From positions 45,009 to 109,008 of the forward strand of contig JBGVNX010000010.1 in the NCBI GenBank assembly GCA_045126075.1: a stretch of DNA of 64,000 nt. Direction: 5' to 3'. Each line of letters opens with the position of its first letter. Within the stretch, counting starts at the first letter, position 1. The position numbers were made by a program, and so were the translations under genes. Positions 9,880-19,679 of the stretch are shown here, in pieces. Origin of the DNA: Candidatus Cryptobacteroides sp. Lineage in GTDB: Bacteria > Bacteroidota > Bacteroidia > Bacteroidales > UBA932. The notes beneath the pieces are model-generated. The model was not told where the DNA came from. It worked only from the letters and a program-made list of their open reading frames with translations, and did no database searches.

Positions 9880-12333
9880 CTACTGATTCAAGAAAGGTGC
9901 AATGAGTTCATTAAGCTCATCAAGAGTAGAAACCAGCACTGACCTTGGTTTAGAGCCCTCCTGCGGTCCTACAACGCCTGCAGCTTCAAGCTGGTCCATA
10001 ACTCTTCCTGCCCTTGCATAACCCATGCCCAACTTTCTCTGGAGGTCTGAAGTCGAGCCCTTCTGTGAAATAACCACAGTACGGGCAGCTTCTTCGAACA
10101 TTGAATCGATATTCTGGATATCAATGCTTCCTCCGCACGACTCTCCATCAGGAGACTCTGGTACAGGGAGATAATATGGAGTGTTGTAGCACTGCTTGTA
10201 TGAGGTCTGCTTACCTATGAATCCTGTAATACCATTGATCTCATCCATGCTCACCAGAGCGCACTGGATACGTTCAACCTTAACACCTGCATAATACAGC
10301 ATATCACCCTTACCAATAAGATTTTCTGCACCAGTTGTATCAAGAATTGTTCTTGAATCAACACCGGAAAGCACGCGGAAAGCGATTCTTGTAGGGAAGT
10401 TCGCCTTGATAAGGCCAGTGATCACATTTACTGATGGACGCTGAGTAGCGATGATGACATGGATGCCGGCTGCTCGTCCCTTCTGGGCAAGACGTATGAT
10501 TGCTGACTCTATGTTCTTAGCTGACTTTCTGTCCTCAGGCGTAGTTCCACCTGCCATGATAAGGTCTGCGTACTCGTCTATTACTACAACCAGGTATGGA
10601 AGATACTGGTGGCCGTCAGTCGGAAGGAGATGGCGGTCTTTGTATTTTTCATTATATAGCTTGAAGTCATTCACCCCTGCCTTGGCCAGCAGCTCATATC
10701 TTTCGTCCATCTCTATACAGAGAGACTGAAGCACCTGTTCAGCCTGCTTTGCCTTCTTCACGATGGCATTCTTCTTTTCTTCCTCCTCGTCACCTACAAC
10801 AGGAACAACGGCGAGATAATGTTTCAGAAGTGAATTATATGAAGTGAACTCCACTGCCTTAGGGTCGATGAAGACAAACTTCAGCTCGGAAGGATGCTTG
10901 GCATATAGCAGAGACGATATGATAACATTCAGTCCGACTGACTTACCCTGCTTCGTAGCTCCTGCCACAAGCAGATGTGGGGCATCAGACAGGTCGAATG
11001 TCTTGACCTTCTGGGCAAGTGTCGAATATCCTATGGCAACAGGCAGTTCTGCCTTGCTGTTTCTGAATGAATCGTCATTGAGCATGCTCTTGAGAGGAAC
11101 AATTGACGGAGTGCTGTTCGGCACCTCGATTCCGACACTTCCAGGAAGTGTTACAACTCGTACACCACCTACTTCCAATGCCATAGCAATCTCTCGGTGA
11201 ACATTTTCAATCGAAGCTACACGCATGCCGGGAGCAAGTACCACCTTGTAGAGTGTGACTGTCGGGCCTACTACAGCAGTCACCTTTTCAACCTCGATCT
11301 TGTAATTCTTAAGGGTCGTACGGATAAGTAAATTATTCTTGTCAAGTTCCGACTGGCTCACCTCATGCTGACCCTCGGTATAATCTCTAAGAATATCAAG
11401 TGGTGGAAATTCAAATCTCTCAAGTTCCTCACGGTTGTCGATTCGCGGCAGGTCTTCCAGAACAGGAACCACGACGTCACCCCTGATCACCTCGATCTCT
11501 GAGTTACCTGCAGTGTCCTCGCCTGACACCTCTGGTTCTACAGGACCAGCAGGAGCATCCGGACCTACCGGTTCTACAACTGGGGTTACCGGTTCAACAG
11601 GCTCCACAGGTTCTACGACTGGAGTTACTGGTTCCTCAGGATCAACCTCTTCATCTGAAACTTCCTCCACTGGTTCCGCCTGATCTTCCTTCTGTGGTTC
11701 TGCTGCCTCCACAGGCTTTTTCTCTCCTGTAACTGCAAACCAATGGGCAAAACGTCCGCTTGCAAACAGTAGCCAGGTCATCGCTGCAACCAGAACTACC
11801 AGCACAGGAACTATTGGGCCTACCAGATTGGACATGGATGACATGATAGCTGCTCCCGCATCGCCACCAAGTCCACCGTCAAACAGAGCTGCCGAGCCGA
11901 AAAGCGAGAAGGCCATAGCAAGAATCACAGTACCAGAAACAGACAGGAAAGTAAGTCTCATTGTTCCTATGCTTCTTTGCCAGAAAAACAGTCTGTATGT
12001 ATATGCTCCCATCAGGAAAACCAGACAGAAACTTGCCAGACCGAACATATCCTTTATAAGAAAACGGCTCCATACATAACCGAGTTTTCCTCCCATGTTG
12101 GATACCTCAACTGACTTGTCCATCATCTCAGGATGAGAGAAGAGGCTCTTGTCTGCCTGCCATGTAAACAGATAAGACAGCATCGACACGAGGGTAAACA
12201 ATGTGACCAGCATTGCCACTACTCCAACACACTTGACAAGAATAGATTTCAATTCCGGATCCATATCAGAAAAGAAAGAGAAGAGCTTCTTCTCCTTCTG
12301 TCTGCCTGCTTTTGTCTTTTTCTGTACCGCCAT
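9880..12333 (-). CDS. ftsK: DNA translocase FtsK
   Basis: N-terminal TM block, Pro/Glu linker, PHLLVAGAT.QGKS, VIDE, ATQRPS, gamma domain LQRKLGMGYARA; start at MAVQKK. Confidence 0.95.
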   Translation of the reverse strand: MAVQKKTKAGRQKEKKLFSFFSDMDPELKSILVKCVGVVAMLVTLFTLVSMLSYLFTWQADKSLFSHPEMMDKSVEVSNMGGKLGYVWSRFLIKDMFGLASFCLVFLMGAYTYRLFFWQRSIGTMRLTFLSVSGTVILAMAFSLFGSAALFDGGLGGDAGAAIMSSMSNLVGPIVPVLVVLVAAMTWLLFASGRFAHWFAVTGEKKPVEAAEPQKEDQAEPVEEVSDEEVDPEEPVTPVVEPVEPVEPVTPVVEPVGPDAPAGPVEPEVSGEDTAGNSEIEVIRGDVVVPVLEDLPRIDNREELERFEFPPLDILRDYTEGQHEVSQSELDKNNLLIRTTLKNYKIEVEKVTAVVGPTVTLYKVVLAPGMRVASIENVHREIAMALEVGGVRVVTLPGSVGIEVPNSTPSIVPLKSMLNDDSFRNSKAELPVAIGYSTLAQKVKTFDLSDAPHLLVAGATKQGKSVGLNVIISSLLYAKHPSELKFVFIDPKAVEFTSYNSLLKHYLAVVPVVGDEEEEKKNAIVKKAKQAEQVLQSLCIEMDERYELLAKAGVNDFKLYNEKYKDRHLLPTDGHQYLPYLVVVIDEYADLIMAGGTTPEDRKSAKNIESAIIRLAQKGRAAGIHVIIATQRPSVNVITGLIKANFPTRIAFRVLSGVDSRTILDTTGAENLIGKGDMLYYAGVKVERIQCALVSMDEINGITGFIGKQTSYKQCYNTPYYLPVPESPDGESCGGSIDIQNIDSMFEEAARTVVISQKGSTSDLQRKLGMGYARAGRVMDQLEAAGVVGPQEGSKPRSVLVSTLDELNELIAPFLNQ

Positions 12334-12334
12334 A

Positions 12335-13003
12335 TTACTTATGCTGTTTTCTCTTGTTCTGATTACCCTTCTGTCTCTGGTTTCTTCCCTGCTTGTTAGG
12401 AGAGCTTCCAGGTCTTGCAAACGTAGTCGATGAGTCCACTCTCGTCAGTTGCAATCCCTCAGGAACCTTGATCCTGAAGTCAGAAAGCTTCTCAATATCC
12501 TGGAAGATGGTCTCATCTGAGACTGTATCCTTGTTCCAGATGAGGTACTGCTGACGCATGTATATTGCAAGTGAACGGATCATCGAAGTCTTGACATCGC
12601 CATCCTCCATATCCGCAATAAGGTCTATGATACTCTCGATGTTCCTTCCATAATGGGTCGCCTTGATCGGCTTCCTGGCAATAGGAACCATACGTGGTTG
12701 CTCATTGAGACTTTCCGGAAGCGGAGCCGGATACGGAGAGTCGACATCCAGATCAAAACCTGAGATTATGTGCAGATGGTCCCACAGCTTCTGCTCATAA
12801 TTATCCTGAAGATGAACCGCAGGATTGATTATTTCCATCACCTTTACAATGGCTCTTGCCTGCTGGTTCCTCTTTTCACGATCTTCGATCGTCTTCAGGT
12901 AATCTACCATCTTCTGTACATTACGGCCATACTCGGGTATGTAAAGTCTCACCCTCTCCGTATTATACAGCAATTTGCATGTCTCTATATCCTTATTCTC
13001 CAT
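12335..13003 (-). CDS. DUF4290 family protein
   Basis: YNT..L.IPEYGRN.Q.MV, KLWDHL and HYGRNI motifs of this Bacteroidetes family. Confidence 0.85.
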   Translation of the reverse strand: MENKDIETCKLLYNTERVRLYIPEYGRNVQKMVDYLKTIEDREKRNQQARAIVKVMEIINPAVHLQDNYEQKLWDHLHIISGFDLDVDSPYPAPLPESLNEQPRMVPIARKPIKATHYGRNIESIIDLIADMEDGDVKTSMIRSLAIYMRQQYLIWNKDTVSDETIFQDIEKLSDFRIKVPEGLQLTRVDSSTTFARPGSSPNKQGRNQRQKGNQNKRKQHK

Positions 13004-13030
13004 ATTTTCAATTCTTGAAATATCAACCTA

Positions 13031-13038
13031 CAAATATA
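13031..13038 (-). promoter_or_regulatory. -7 promoter element for DUF4290-ftsK-lolA
   Basis: TATATTTG on minus strand. Confidence 0.55.
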
Positions 13039-13049
13039 GTAAATATTAT

Positions 13050-16000
13050 TTAGACAGCTATAATCTCACCGGTATGCACATACCACAATATTGCCGAAAC
13101 ATCCTCATAACCCATCTTGCGCCAGAGGTCAGCATATCCTGTAAGCTGTTTCTCATATTTCTTATAGTGTTCACCGAACTTATAATCGATTATGAGGACT
13201 TTACCACCATCCAAGACTACACGATCCGGACGATATAGCTTTCCACTGGAAGCAATGAGACTGGTTTCATTCAGCACTTTGGACGCATCCTCCGGGAACC
13301 ACCCGTTCCTGACACCCTGAGCAATCCTTTCCGCAAGCAGACTTTTGATCTCCGATGCTTCTTCTGATGTAATCTCTCCTGCATCGACAGCCTTCCTGAC
13401 AGCCTTATCCATATCTTCAGGAACAACTATACCGGCAAGAATGTCATGAAGCACGACACCACGTATCCTGTTTGAAGCAGCAATGCCTATATGGCCATCC
13501 TCTGAGAAGAAATCCACAGAATCTGCTGAAAACTTCAATCGTCCTCGTTCCCTCACATCCAGCTGACCACCTTCTCCTTCCTCTACCCTTTCTGGATTCA
13601 ATGGATATGACGGATACTCTTCTCCTGATGTGACCTCAAACCTTACGACACCTGTTTCATCATCTTTCCTGAACGAAGCGAAATCTACCAGTTCACCAAC
13701 ATCGAATCTAAGGTTCTCCTCATCCCCGCTACGTCTGACGCCTTCGATACGGCCAGATGCACTGACAAACCAATACAGAATCTGAGAAAAGTCAGAACAC
13801 TCCATATCCGGTTCCTTGCTGACAGACGACAGGAACGACCTCGACGGCTTCTTTGCTATGATGTGCATACCAAGGGCAGCACGAGTCATGGCTACATATA
13901 TCGTATTGATATTATCTACCTGCTGCAAGAAACTCTCGTTACGATAATGGTCGGCAAACAGGGTCGACTCTGAGGCTCGTGAAAGAAGCACGTCGTAAAC
14001 GCCCTCCGCAACACCCTCCAGTCTGGTTCCAGACAGGTCTGGACTGCACCAGTAGCTGCCTGCCTTAAAAAGATTGATATTCTCTGCATAAGGGATGATG
14101 ACATATGGAAAATCCAGTCCCTTTGACTTATGGATCGTCATGACCCTCACACTCTCTCCTGCTGAAGGAGAACTGATTGACGGATTCTGCTCTTCCCAGA
14201 ATTTCAGGAATCCTCTCAGGTTGTTTCCATTTGCAGCCACATAGTCCTGCAGGCAATCCATGAACGACTGTACGTGGAGAACTTCACCTGCAAAAGCACC
14301 GTCAGTATCAGAAGCTTTCAGGCTACGCAGAAGCGACTCCGCCATATCCACCAGAGACAGGCTGTCATCCGGCACAGCCACATCCAGCGACTCTGCCAGA
14401 TAGCCGTCTACTTCATTATCAGGATTGTCGACATAGGACATGAGGGAAACCAGACGGCGTACAGTAAGCGCACTCTTTACCTTTAGAGAGTCATCGGTTA
14501 TGACTGTCACTCCATTGTCTATGAGGTAGCCTGCAACAGCTTCTCCAATGGCATTACTTCTTACCAGGACTGCTATTTCAGAAAGCCTTGCTCCGGCAGA
14601 ACGAGCCTCATTAACGCTTTCCAGGACTTTCTGCAGTTCGTCATCCTTTGCGCAAAATGTGACACTTACACTTCCTGGAGCCTTATCCTTTTTATGTACC
14701 TTCTGCTCGACATCTGAATATATCCTGGACATAGGGCCATCCTCGGTATATCCATTGTATCGGTCCAGTACTTCTGCAGCTGAAGTAAAATATAGATTGT
14801 TGAAATTCACAATATTGGACAGGCTCCTGTAATTGGTATCCAGCACTTGCTCCTTACAGCCCGGAAATTCCTCAGGAACTGCCTCGTCAAGCAATTTCCA
14901 ATCTGAGCCTCTCCATCTGTATATACTCTGCTTCACATCACCTACAACAAGGTTTTCTCCACCCTGAGACTCGCTGTTCAGAAGAAGAGGGCGAAAGTTT
15001 GTCCATTGGACCGAAGATGTATCCTGGAACTCGTCAAGAAGGAAATGGTCAAACCTTACACCTATCTTTTCATAGACGAAAGGGGCGTCCGAACCGTCTA
15101 TGATGCCTTTCAGGATTGTATTCGAATCATCAATACAGAGTACATTCTTTTCACGCATGAGTTCCTTGAATGCCTCTGAAAGTTCCCTGGCCACACCAAG
15201 GCCGTATATCTGTTCATCAAGGATCACAGCAGTCCTATATACCGCGAACTCATTGCCCCACAACTCATGGAAAGCCATAAGAGGACCTTCAAGAACCGGA
15301 TAGACCTTAGGGAGAAGAGTCTTTGCCTTGGCTTTCGAGAACCATAGTTCATGATCCGGTGCCTTGGACATGAAGGAGTCTGTCGGCATGCAGACATCTG
15401 CATGTTCGTCAAGTTCCACATAGTTTAACAAGGCCTTCATGAATCCCCTGTTGCTGTCCTCTGCATTGACTCCTGCATCTGTCAAGACATCCAGAGCCGC
15501 CTGGGCACGAGTGACCACCTCCTGCCTGAAATCACGGATTATCTCCCTGCAGGACTGCCTGATCTGCATCAGCTTCTCGTGAGAATATATTTCATCGACA
15601 GACCCTCCTGCCGCCTCTACCGCATCTCTTCTCTGGGCCGACTGAAGCCTGAGCGCCATCTCCATAAGATTTGCATCGGCACTATATCGCCCTCCCTGCT
15701 CTATCTGCTCCAGAACATTATCTGTAAGCCACGAAAGCAGGCCTCCATCTTCCTCAGTCAACGAATCAAGAATGCGATCAACACTCTCTGCCACGAGAGA
15801 ATCCCTGTCCAGCTGTACCTGATAGGAGGCAAACTGGCCGATCTCGCGGGAGAATGCCTTGAGCGTCTGCTGAAAGAATCTGTCTATCGTACTTACTGCG
15901 AACGCACTATAATCGTGCAGAATATCATGCAGGACTGAAGCCGACTTCTGGCTCAAGGCAGAATCATCGGGAAGAAGAGACGGCACGAAATCATCGTGGT

Positions 16001-16208
16001 AGTCCGACGAAGCAGGATCTGTCGCCAAAGTATGCAGTTCCTTGAGGATACGGTTCTTCATCTCCTCTGTAGCCTTATTGGTAAAGGTCACTGCGAGTAT
16101 GTGTCTGTACGCATACCTGTCCTCACTCTTCAAAAGAAGAGCTATATATGTCTTTGCCAGGTTGTAGGTCTTACCTGAACCGGCAGATGCTTTCATTATC
16201 TTCAACAT
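13050..16208 (-). CDS. addA: UvrD-family helicase/nuclease (AddA-like)
   Basis: ASAGSGKT, TFTNKAT, DEFQDTS, VGDVKQSIYRWRG, TIHKSKGL, YVAMTRA, C-terminal RPDR..IDYK. Confidence 0.9.
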   Translation of the reverse strand: MLKIMKASAGSGKTYNLAKTYIALLLKSEDRYAYRHILAVTFTNKATEEMKNRILKELHTLATDPASSDYHDDFVPSLLPDDSALSQKSASVLHDILHDYSAFAVSTIDRFFQQTLKAFSREIGQFASYQVQLDRDSLVAESVDRILDSLTEEDGGLLSWLTDNVLEQIEQGGRYSADANLMEMALRLQSAQRRDAVEAAGGSVDEIYSHEKLMQIRQSCREIIRDFRQEVVTRAQAALDVLTDAGVNAEDSNRGFMKALLNYVELDEHADVCMPTDSFMSKAPDHELWFSKAKAKTLLPKVYPVLEGPLMAFHELWGNEFAVYRTAVILDEQIYGLGVARELSEAFKELMREKNVLCIDDSNTILKGIIDGSDAPFVYEKIGVRFDHFLLDEFQDTSSVQWTNFRPLLLNSESQGGENLVVGDVKQSIYRWRGSDWKLLDEAVPEEFPGCKEQVLDTNYRSLSNIVNFNNLYFTSAAEVLDRYNGYTEDGPMSRIYSDVEQKVHKKDKAPGSVSVTFCAKDDELQKVLESVNEARSAGARLSEIAVLVRSNAIGEAVAGYLIDNGVTVITDDSLKVKSALTVRRLVSLMSYVDNPDNEVDGYLAESLDVAVPDDSLSLVDMAESLLRSLKASDTDGAFAGEVLHVQSFMDCLQDYVAANGNNLRGFLKFWEEQNPSISSPSAGESVRVMTIHKSKGLDFPYVIIPYAENINLFKAGSYWCSPDLSGTRLEGVAEGVYDVLLSRASESTLFADHYRNESFLQQVDNINTIYVAMTRAALGMHIIAKKPSRSFLSSVSKEPDMECSDFSQILYWFVSASGRIEGVRRSGDEENLRFDVGELVDFASFRKDDETGVVRFEVTSGEEYPSYPLNPERVEEGEGGQLDVRERGRLKFSADSVDFFSEDGHIGIAASNRIRGVVLHDILAGIVVPEDMDKAVRKAVDAGEITSEEASEIKSLLAERIAQGVRNGWFPEDASKVLNETSLIASSGKLYRPDRVVLDGGKVLIIDYKFGEHYKKYEKQLTGYADLWRKMGYEDVSAILWYVHTGEIIAV

Positions 16209-16210
16209 GG

Positions 16211-19144
16211 CTATCTTCCGCAAATGGTCTTGAAATCACAATAGCTGCACATCTTTTCGTCAGTGGTCCTCCTGAAGTTCACCTGAGGATCAGAAATTTC
16301 ATCCAGAAGTTTCTTCAGATTCTCCGTCACCCTGTCAAAAAACATATTGTTCAGCGGTCTTGACTGAGGAAGCTCCCTGAATAGACGGGAAGTGGAATAT
16401 ATGCAGTTGTGTATCTGACGGCCCTTGACCTCTTCCCTGCCTTGCAGCAGAAGATCATAGATATAGAACTGGAATGCGATCTTCGGCCTTCCCTGGATGT
16501 CGGGGGCAAATATCTTGTCCGCTACATCCAAAGGACCATACTCCTCGATCATGAAATCCTCATCCAGCACTGCACCCGTCTTGTAATCGACCACTCTTAC
16601 CTGATCTTTGTCAAAAGCATCCAGTCTGTCGATGAAACCTACAAAGCTGAACCCATGGAAGTCTCCTTTGACCACGATTTCACGTCCTATTATCTCGAAT
16701 GAGTCCTTACCGGCATCCTCCAGCAGTTTAAGGTCTGTGCGCAAGGTCTTCATTATGTACTTGACAAGTACATCTGTAACCACTAGATTACGGCCGTTCA
16801 CCTCAACAGCATTCATCTCGCTGATAATCAAGGCTCTGACCTTACGCTTTATTTCTTCTTCCCTCTCCAGCCAGTTCCTTATGTATGCTCTGGTGACATG
16901 GGAAAGCTTGTTTTTCAAACTCTTCTCACCTTTATTCTTGAACGAAAAGTCCTCCGCCATGGCCTCTTCCGAAGTATAAAGGGAACGCATGACTTCGTGA
17001 TATATCGTTCCGAACATTCCATAATCCAGAGTTTCCGATACCTCATCCTCGTTCTGCAGACCTTTGACAACAGAGTAATAGAACTTTGCCGGACAGGACA
17101 GATAATTCTGTAAAGAAGTAGCAGACATGAAACCGGCCCTTATCGCATCAATATCCTCTGCGGTCTTGACTATCTCCGGAAGTTCAGCAGCCTTCATGCT
17201 CTCAAGCTTGAGCACATACCTGTTCAGGCGTACTCCAAAATGATATTCAAGCTGCTTGATATATCTGCTTTCCTCTCCAGACTTCAACCCTTCCGAACGG
17301 GAGTCAACCAGCATCCATACATTCCTTGCACGGGATATCATCCTATAGAAATAGTAGGCCCATATGGCATCCTGAAGTTCATAGGTCGGAAGCCCGAAGC
17401 CTCTTCTGAGCTCAGGCGGTATGAAAGATGAACTCACATTCCTGTGTGGGAATACACCTTCATTGGCTGACATGATGACGACATCATCGAAGTCCAGGGC
17501 CCTTGTCTCGAGCGGTCCCATGATCTGAAGTCCTCGAAGCGGCTCACCCTTGAACGGTACCGATGTCGCTCCCAGCATCTGGGTGAGAAGCCTTATGTAT
17601 GTAACAGGAAGCAGAGCACGCTCCTGGTCTCCACCACAGAGGCTGTCCTGCAGCATATTGATACCCTTGTAGTATTCCTTGGCATATTCAAGTTCAAGGG
17701 CAAGCCTCGGATCATCTGCTACTGTCGGAGCAATCCTTGCAATCACCTCCTTCTGATACTCTGCCATCTGACTTACCTGTGACGGGTCAGCTTTCTTGGA
17801 ATCGCTGATTACTGGCCTGAAGACAGCATCCATAAGAGGAGTACCGTTCAGGTCTTCCTGCGGAATATAGTACTTGGCTGAATGTTTCACCTTCCTGACC
17901 AGTTCACGAGAATCCTCATCCAGTGCATTCCTGAACAGGATATTAGAAAACAGATCCCACACCTGCTTGTGATAGAAATGCCATTTCCCTCTTCTGAAAG
18001 TCGTATGCAGCTGCATAGCTGAAATCACTTCCATCATAGAAAAAAGCAGACTGTTCCTCATCAGAAGACCCATTGTCACATTTATATCCTTGACATGAGG
18101 TGGTATGGAATTCAGGACTGGAAGCAGAAGGTTCTCATCCGGAAGAACAATTGCACATGACTCCGTGTCACGAACTGATTTAAGGATATCTGGGATTCTC
18201 TTGGCCTGTCCCACAGAAGACGGCACACTCAGCACATTGATCTGCGGCAACTGCAACGTTTCCTTATTCCACCCTGCCACCTGGGGAAACTCGCGTACAT
18301 TCGCATCCATGAACAACGAAGAGCGGTTCTGGGGATCTGATATCATCGGACCGGCATAATCCCAGCAGAACTCTGCACGCGAGGCATCTCTGAGCTTCCT
18401 CAATAACAACTTTTCACATTCGTTCAGAGTATTCAGACCTACAAACACAAACACTGTATCTGACTGAAAATGCTCTCCCATCACGTCACTGACAGAACCT
18501 CCCTTCAACCTGTCAGCCAAGGCCCTATAGGCCATACCCTCGTAGGCTGTCCCCTTGGAACTGAGCAACTTGTTGAAGTCCTTGTATAGAGGAAGCAATA
18601 TATTCCATATCAGCAGGAAGCGTTCCTTGACCGCAGGGTTGTCAGAATCCAGATCCACTGTCAGTCTTCCATTCTTGTCGCTGAAATTGCTCAAGAAACT
18701 TTCTATGGCCTCCCTCTGCGTATCTGTAAGGTACGAGAAAGTATCCTGAATCTGTCTGTAATCAGACACATTTGTAAAAAGCTGCTCCGGATCGATAAGG
18801 TATTTGTCAATATCATTGAAGTCACCCAGAATCACATCTCCCCAGAATATGAAATCATCCAGCGACTCATGTCTTGGATTAAGCTTGGAATAACAATCAT
18901 ACAGATCTATGAGAAGTTTGACACGGTCTGCCTGGACCGAGCCTCCTACCTTATAGAAAAAGTCGTTGATAGTATGCATCCGAGGGGCCAGCAAGGGCCT
19001 GCTCTGAGGATCAGCTGCCACTGACTCAGTCAGATACTTTGTAAAGAATACCATTGAACGTCTGTTCGGAAAGACGAAGCATCTGTTGCCGATATTTCCT
19101 GCTGAATAGTAATACTCAGCGACCTGTTTGAGGAAAGGTGTCAT
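16211..19144 (-). CDS. addB: PD-(D/E)xK nuclease, AddB-like
   Basis: Inactive helicase-like N-terminus; CPAKF, GFIDRLD, VDYKTG, C-terminal CSYCDFKTIC Fe-S ligands. Confidence 0.88.
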   Translation of the reverse strand: MTPFLKQVAEYYYSAGNIGNRCFVFPNRRSMVFFTKYLTESVAADPQSRPLLAPRMHTINDFFYKVGGSVQADRVKLLIDLYDCYSKLNPRHESLDDFIFWGDVILGDFNDIDKYLIDPEQLFTNVSDYRQIQDTFSYLTDTQREAIESFLSNFSDKNGRLTVDLDSDNPAVKERFLLIWNILLPLYKDFNKLLSSKGTAYEGMAYRALADRLKGGSVSDVMGEHFQSDTVFVFVGLNTLNECEKLLLRKLRDASRAEFCWDYAGPMISDPQNRSSLFMDANVREFPQVAGWNKETLQLPQINVLSVPSSVGQAKRIPDILKSVRDTESCAIVLPDENLLLPVLNSIPPHVKDINVTMGLLMRNSLLFSMMEVISAMQLHTTFRRGKWHFYHKQVWDLFSNILFRNALDEDSRELVRKVKHSAKYYIPQEDLNGTPLMDAVFRPVISDSKKADPSQVSQMAEYQKEVIARIAPTVADDPRLALELEYAKEYYKGINMLQDSLCGGDQERALLPVTYIRLLTQMLGATSVPFKGEPLRGLQIMGPLETRALDFDDVVIMSANEGVFPHRNVSSSFIPPELRRGFGLPTYELQDAIWAYYFYRMISRARNVWMLVDSRSEGLKSGEESRYIKQLEYHFGVRLNRYVLKLESMKAAELPEIVKTAEDIDAIRAGFMSATSLQNYLSCPAKFYYSVVKGLQNEDEVSETLDYGMFGTIYHEVMRSLYTSEEAMAEDFSFKNKGEKSLKNKLSHVTRAYIRNWLEREEEIKRKVRALIISEMNAVEVNGRNLVVTDVLVKYIMKTLRTDLKLLEDAGKDSFEIIGREIVVKGDFHGFSFVGFIDRLDAFDKDQVRVVDYKTGAVLDEDFMIEEYGPLDVADKIFAPDIQGRPKIAFQFYIYDLLLQGREEVKGRQIHNCIYSTSRLFRELPQSRPLNNMFFDRVTENLKKLLDEISDPQVNFRRTTDEKMCSYCDFKTICGR

Positions 19145-19163
19145 ATTCCATTAAAATTTGGGA

Positions 19164-19171
19164 CAAATATA
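19164..19171 (-). promoter_or_regulatory. -7 promoter element for addBA
   Basis: TATATTTG on minus strand, 19 nt upstream of the ATG. Confidence 0.55.
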
Positions 19172-19204
19172 TGTCCTGTATTTGCCAAAGTGAGGCACAA
19201 GACA

Positions 19205-19234
19205 GAAAATGGACTTTAACAAAAGTCCATTTTC
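19205..19234 (-). terminator. Probable intrinsic terminator after hslR
   Basis: GAAAATGGACTTT-N4-AAAGTCCATTTTC, 13-bp inverted repeat. Confidence 0.6.
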
Positions 19235-19240
19235 CTATCA

Positions 19241-19678
19241 TCAGGCATCAAAGCCGAAATCTTCTGCAAACTGTTCTGCTATATCATCCGGGACATCAAA
19301 GTCAAGACTGCTCCAGAGGTCTTCCATCTGACGTCTGTCCTTCTTGGTCGGACGACCTGCCCCGCGGTCACGCTTGAGGAAGAAGGTCTCCACCGGTGCA
19401 CGCAACTTCGCAAGTTCTTCAGCAGGAGTCAGGTTTTCAGCATAATTGGGTACAAGTTTGGCACCTTGCCTCTTGTCAATCAGCTGAAGAACCTTATATG
19501 TGTATACTACTACACCTTTTCTGGCAACAATGGTATCTCCGACCTTGACCGTCTTTGAAGGCTTGGTATCTGCACCATTGACGCGCACCTTGCCTCCCTT
19601 GCAGGCGTCTGTCGCCTCTGTCCTGGTCTTATAGACTCTTATCGCCCAAAGGTATTTGTCTATTCTTATTTCTTCCAT
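19241..19678 (-). CDS. hslR: S4-domain ribosome-associated heat shock protein Hsp15
   Basis: RIDKYLWAIR.YKTR, GRPTKKDRR; start at MEEIR. Confidence 0.9.
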   Translation of the reverse strand: MEEIRIDKYLWAIRVYKTRTEATDACKGGKVRVNGADTKPSKTVKVGDTIVARKGVVVYTYKVLQLIDKRQGAKLVPNYAENLTPAEELAKLRAPVETFFLKRDRGAGRPTKKDRRQMEDLWSSLDFDVPDDIAEQFAEDFGFDA

Positions 19679-19679
19679 A

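Noticed and set aside
11520-11710. PVEPV repeats in ftsK and PD repeats in the nuclease lipoprotein (48040-48110)
   Set aside because: Ordinary low-complexity linkers for these families
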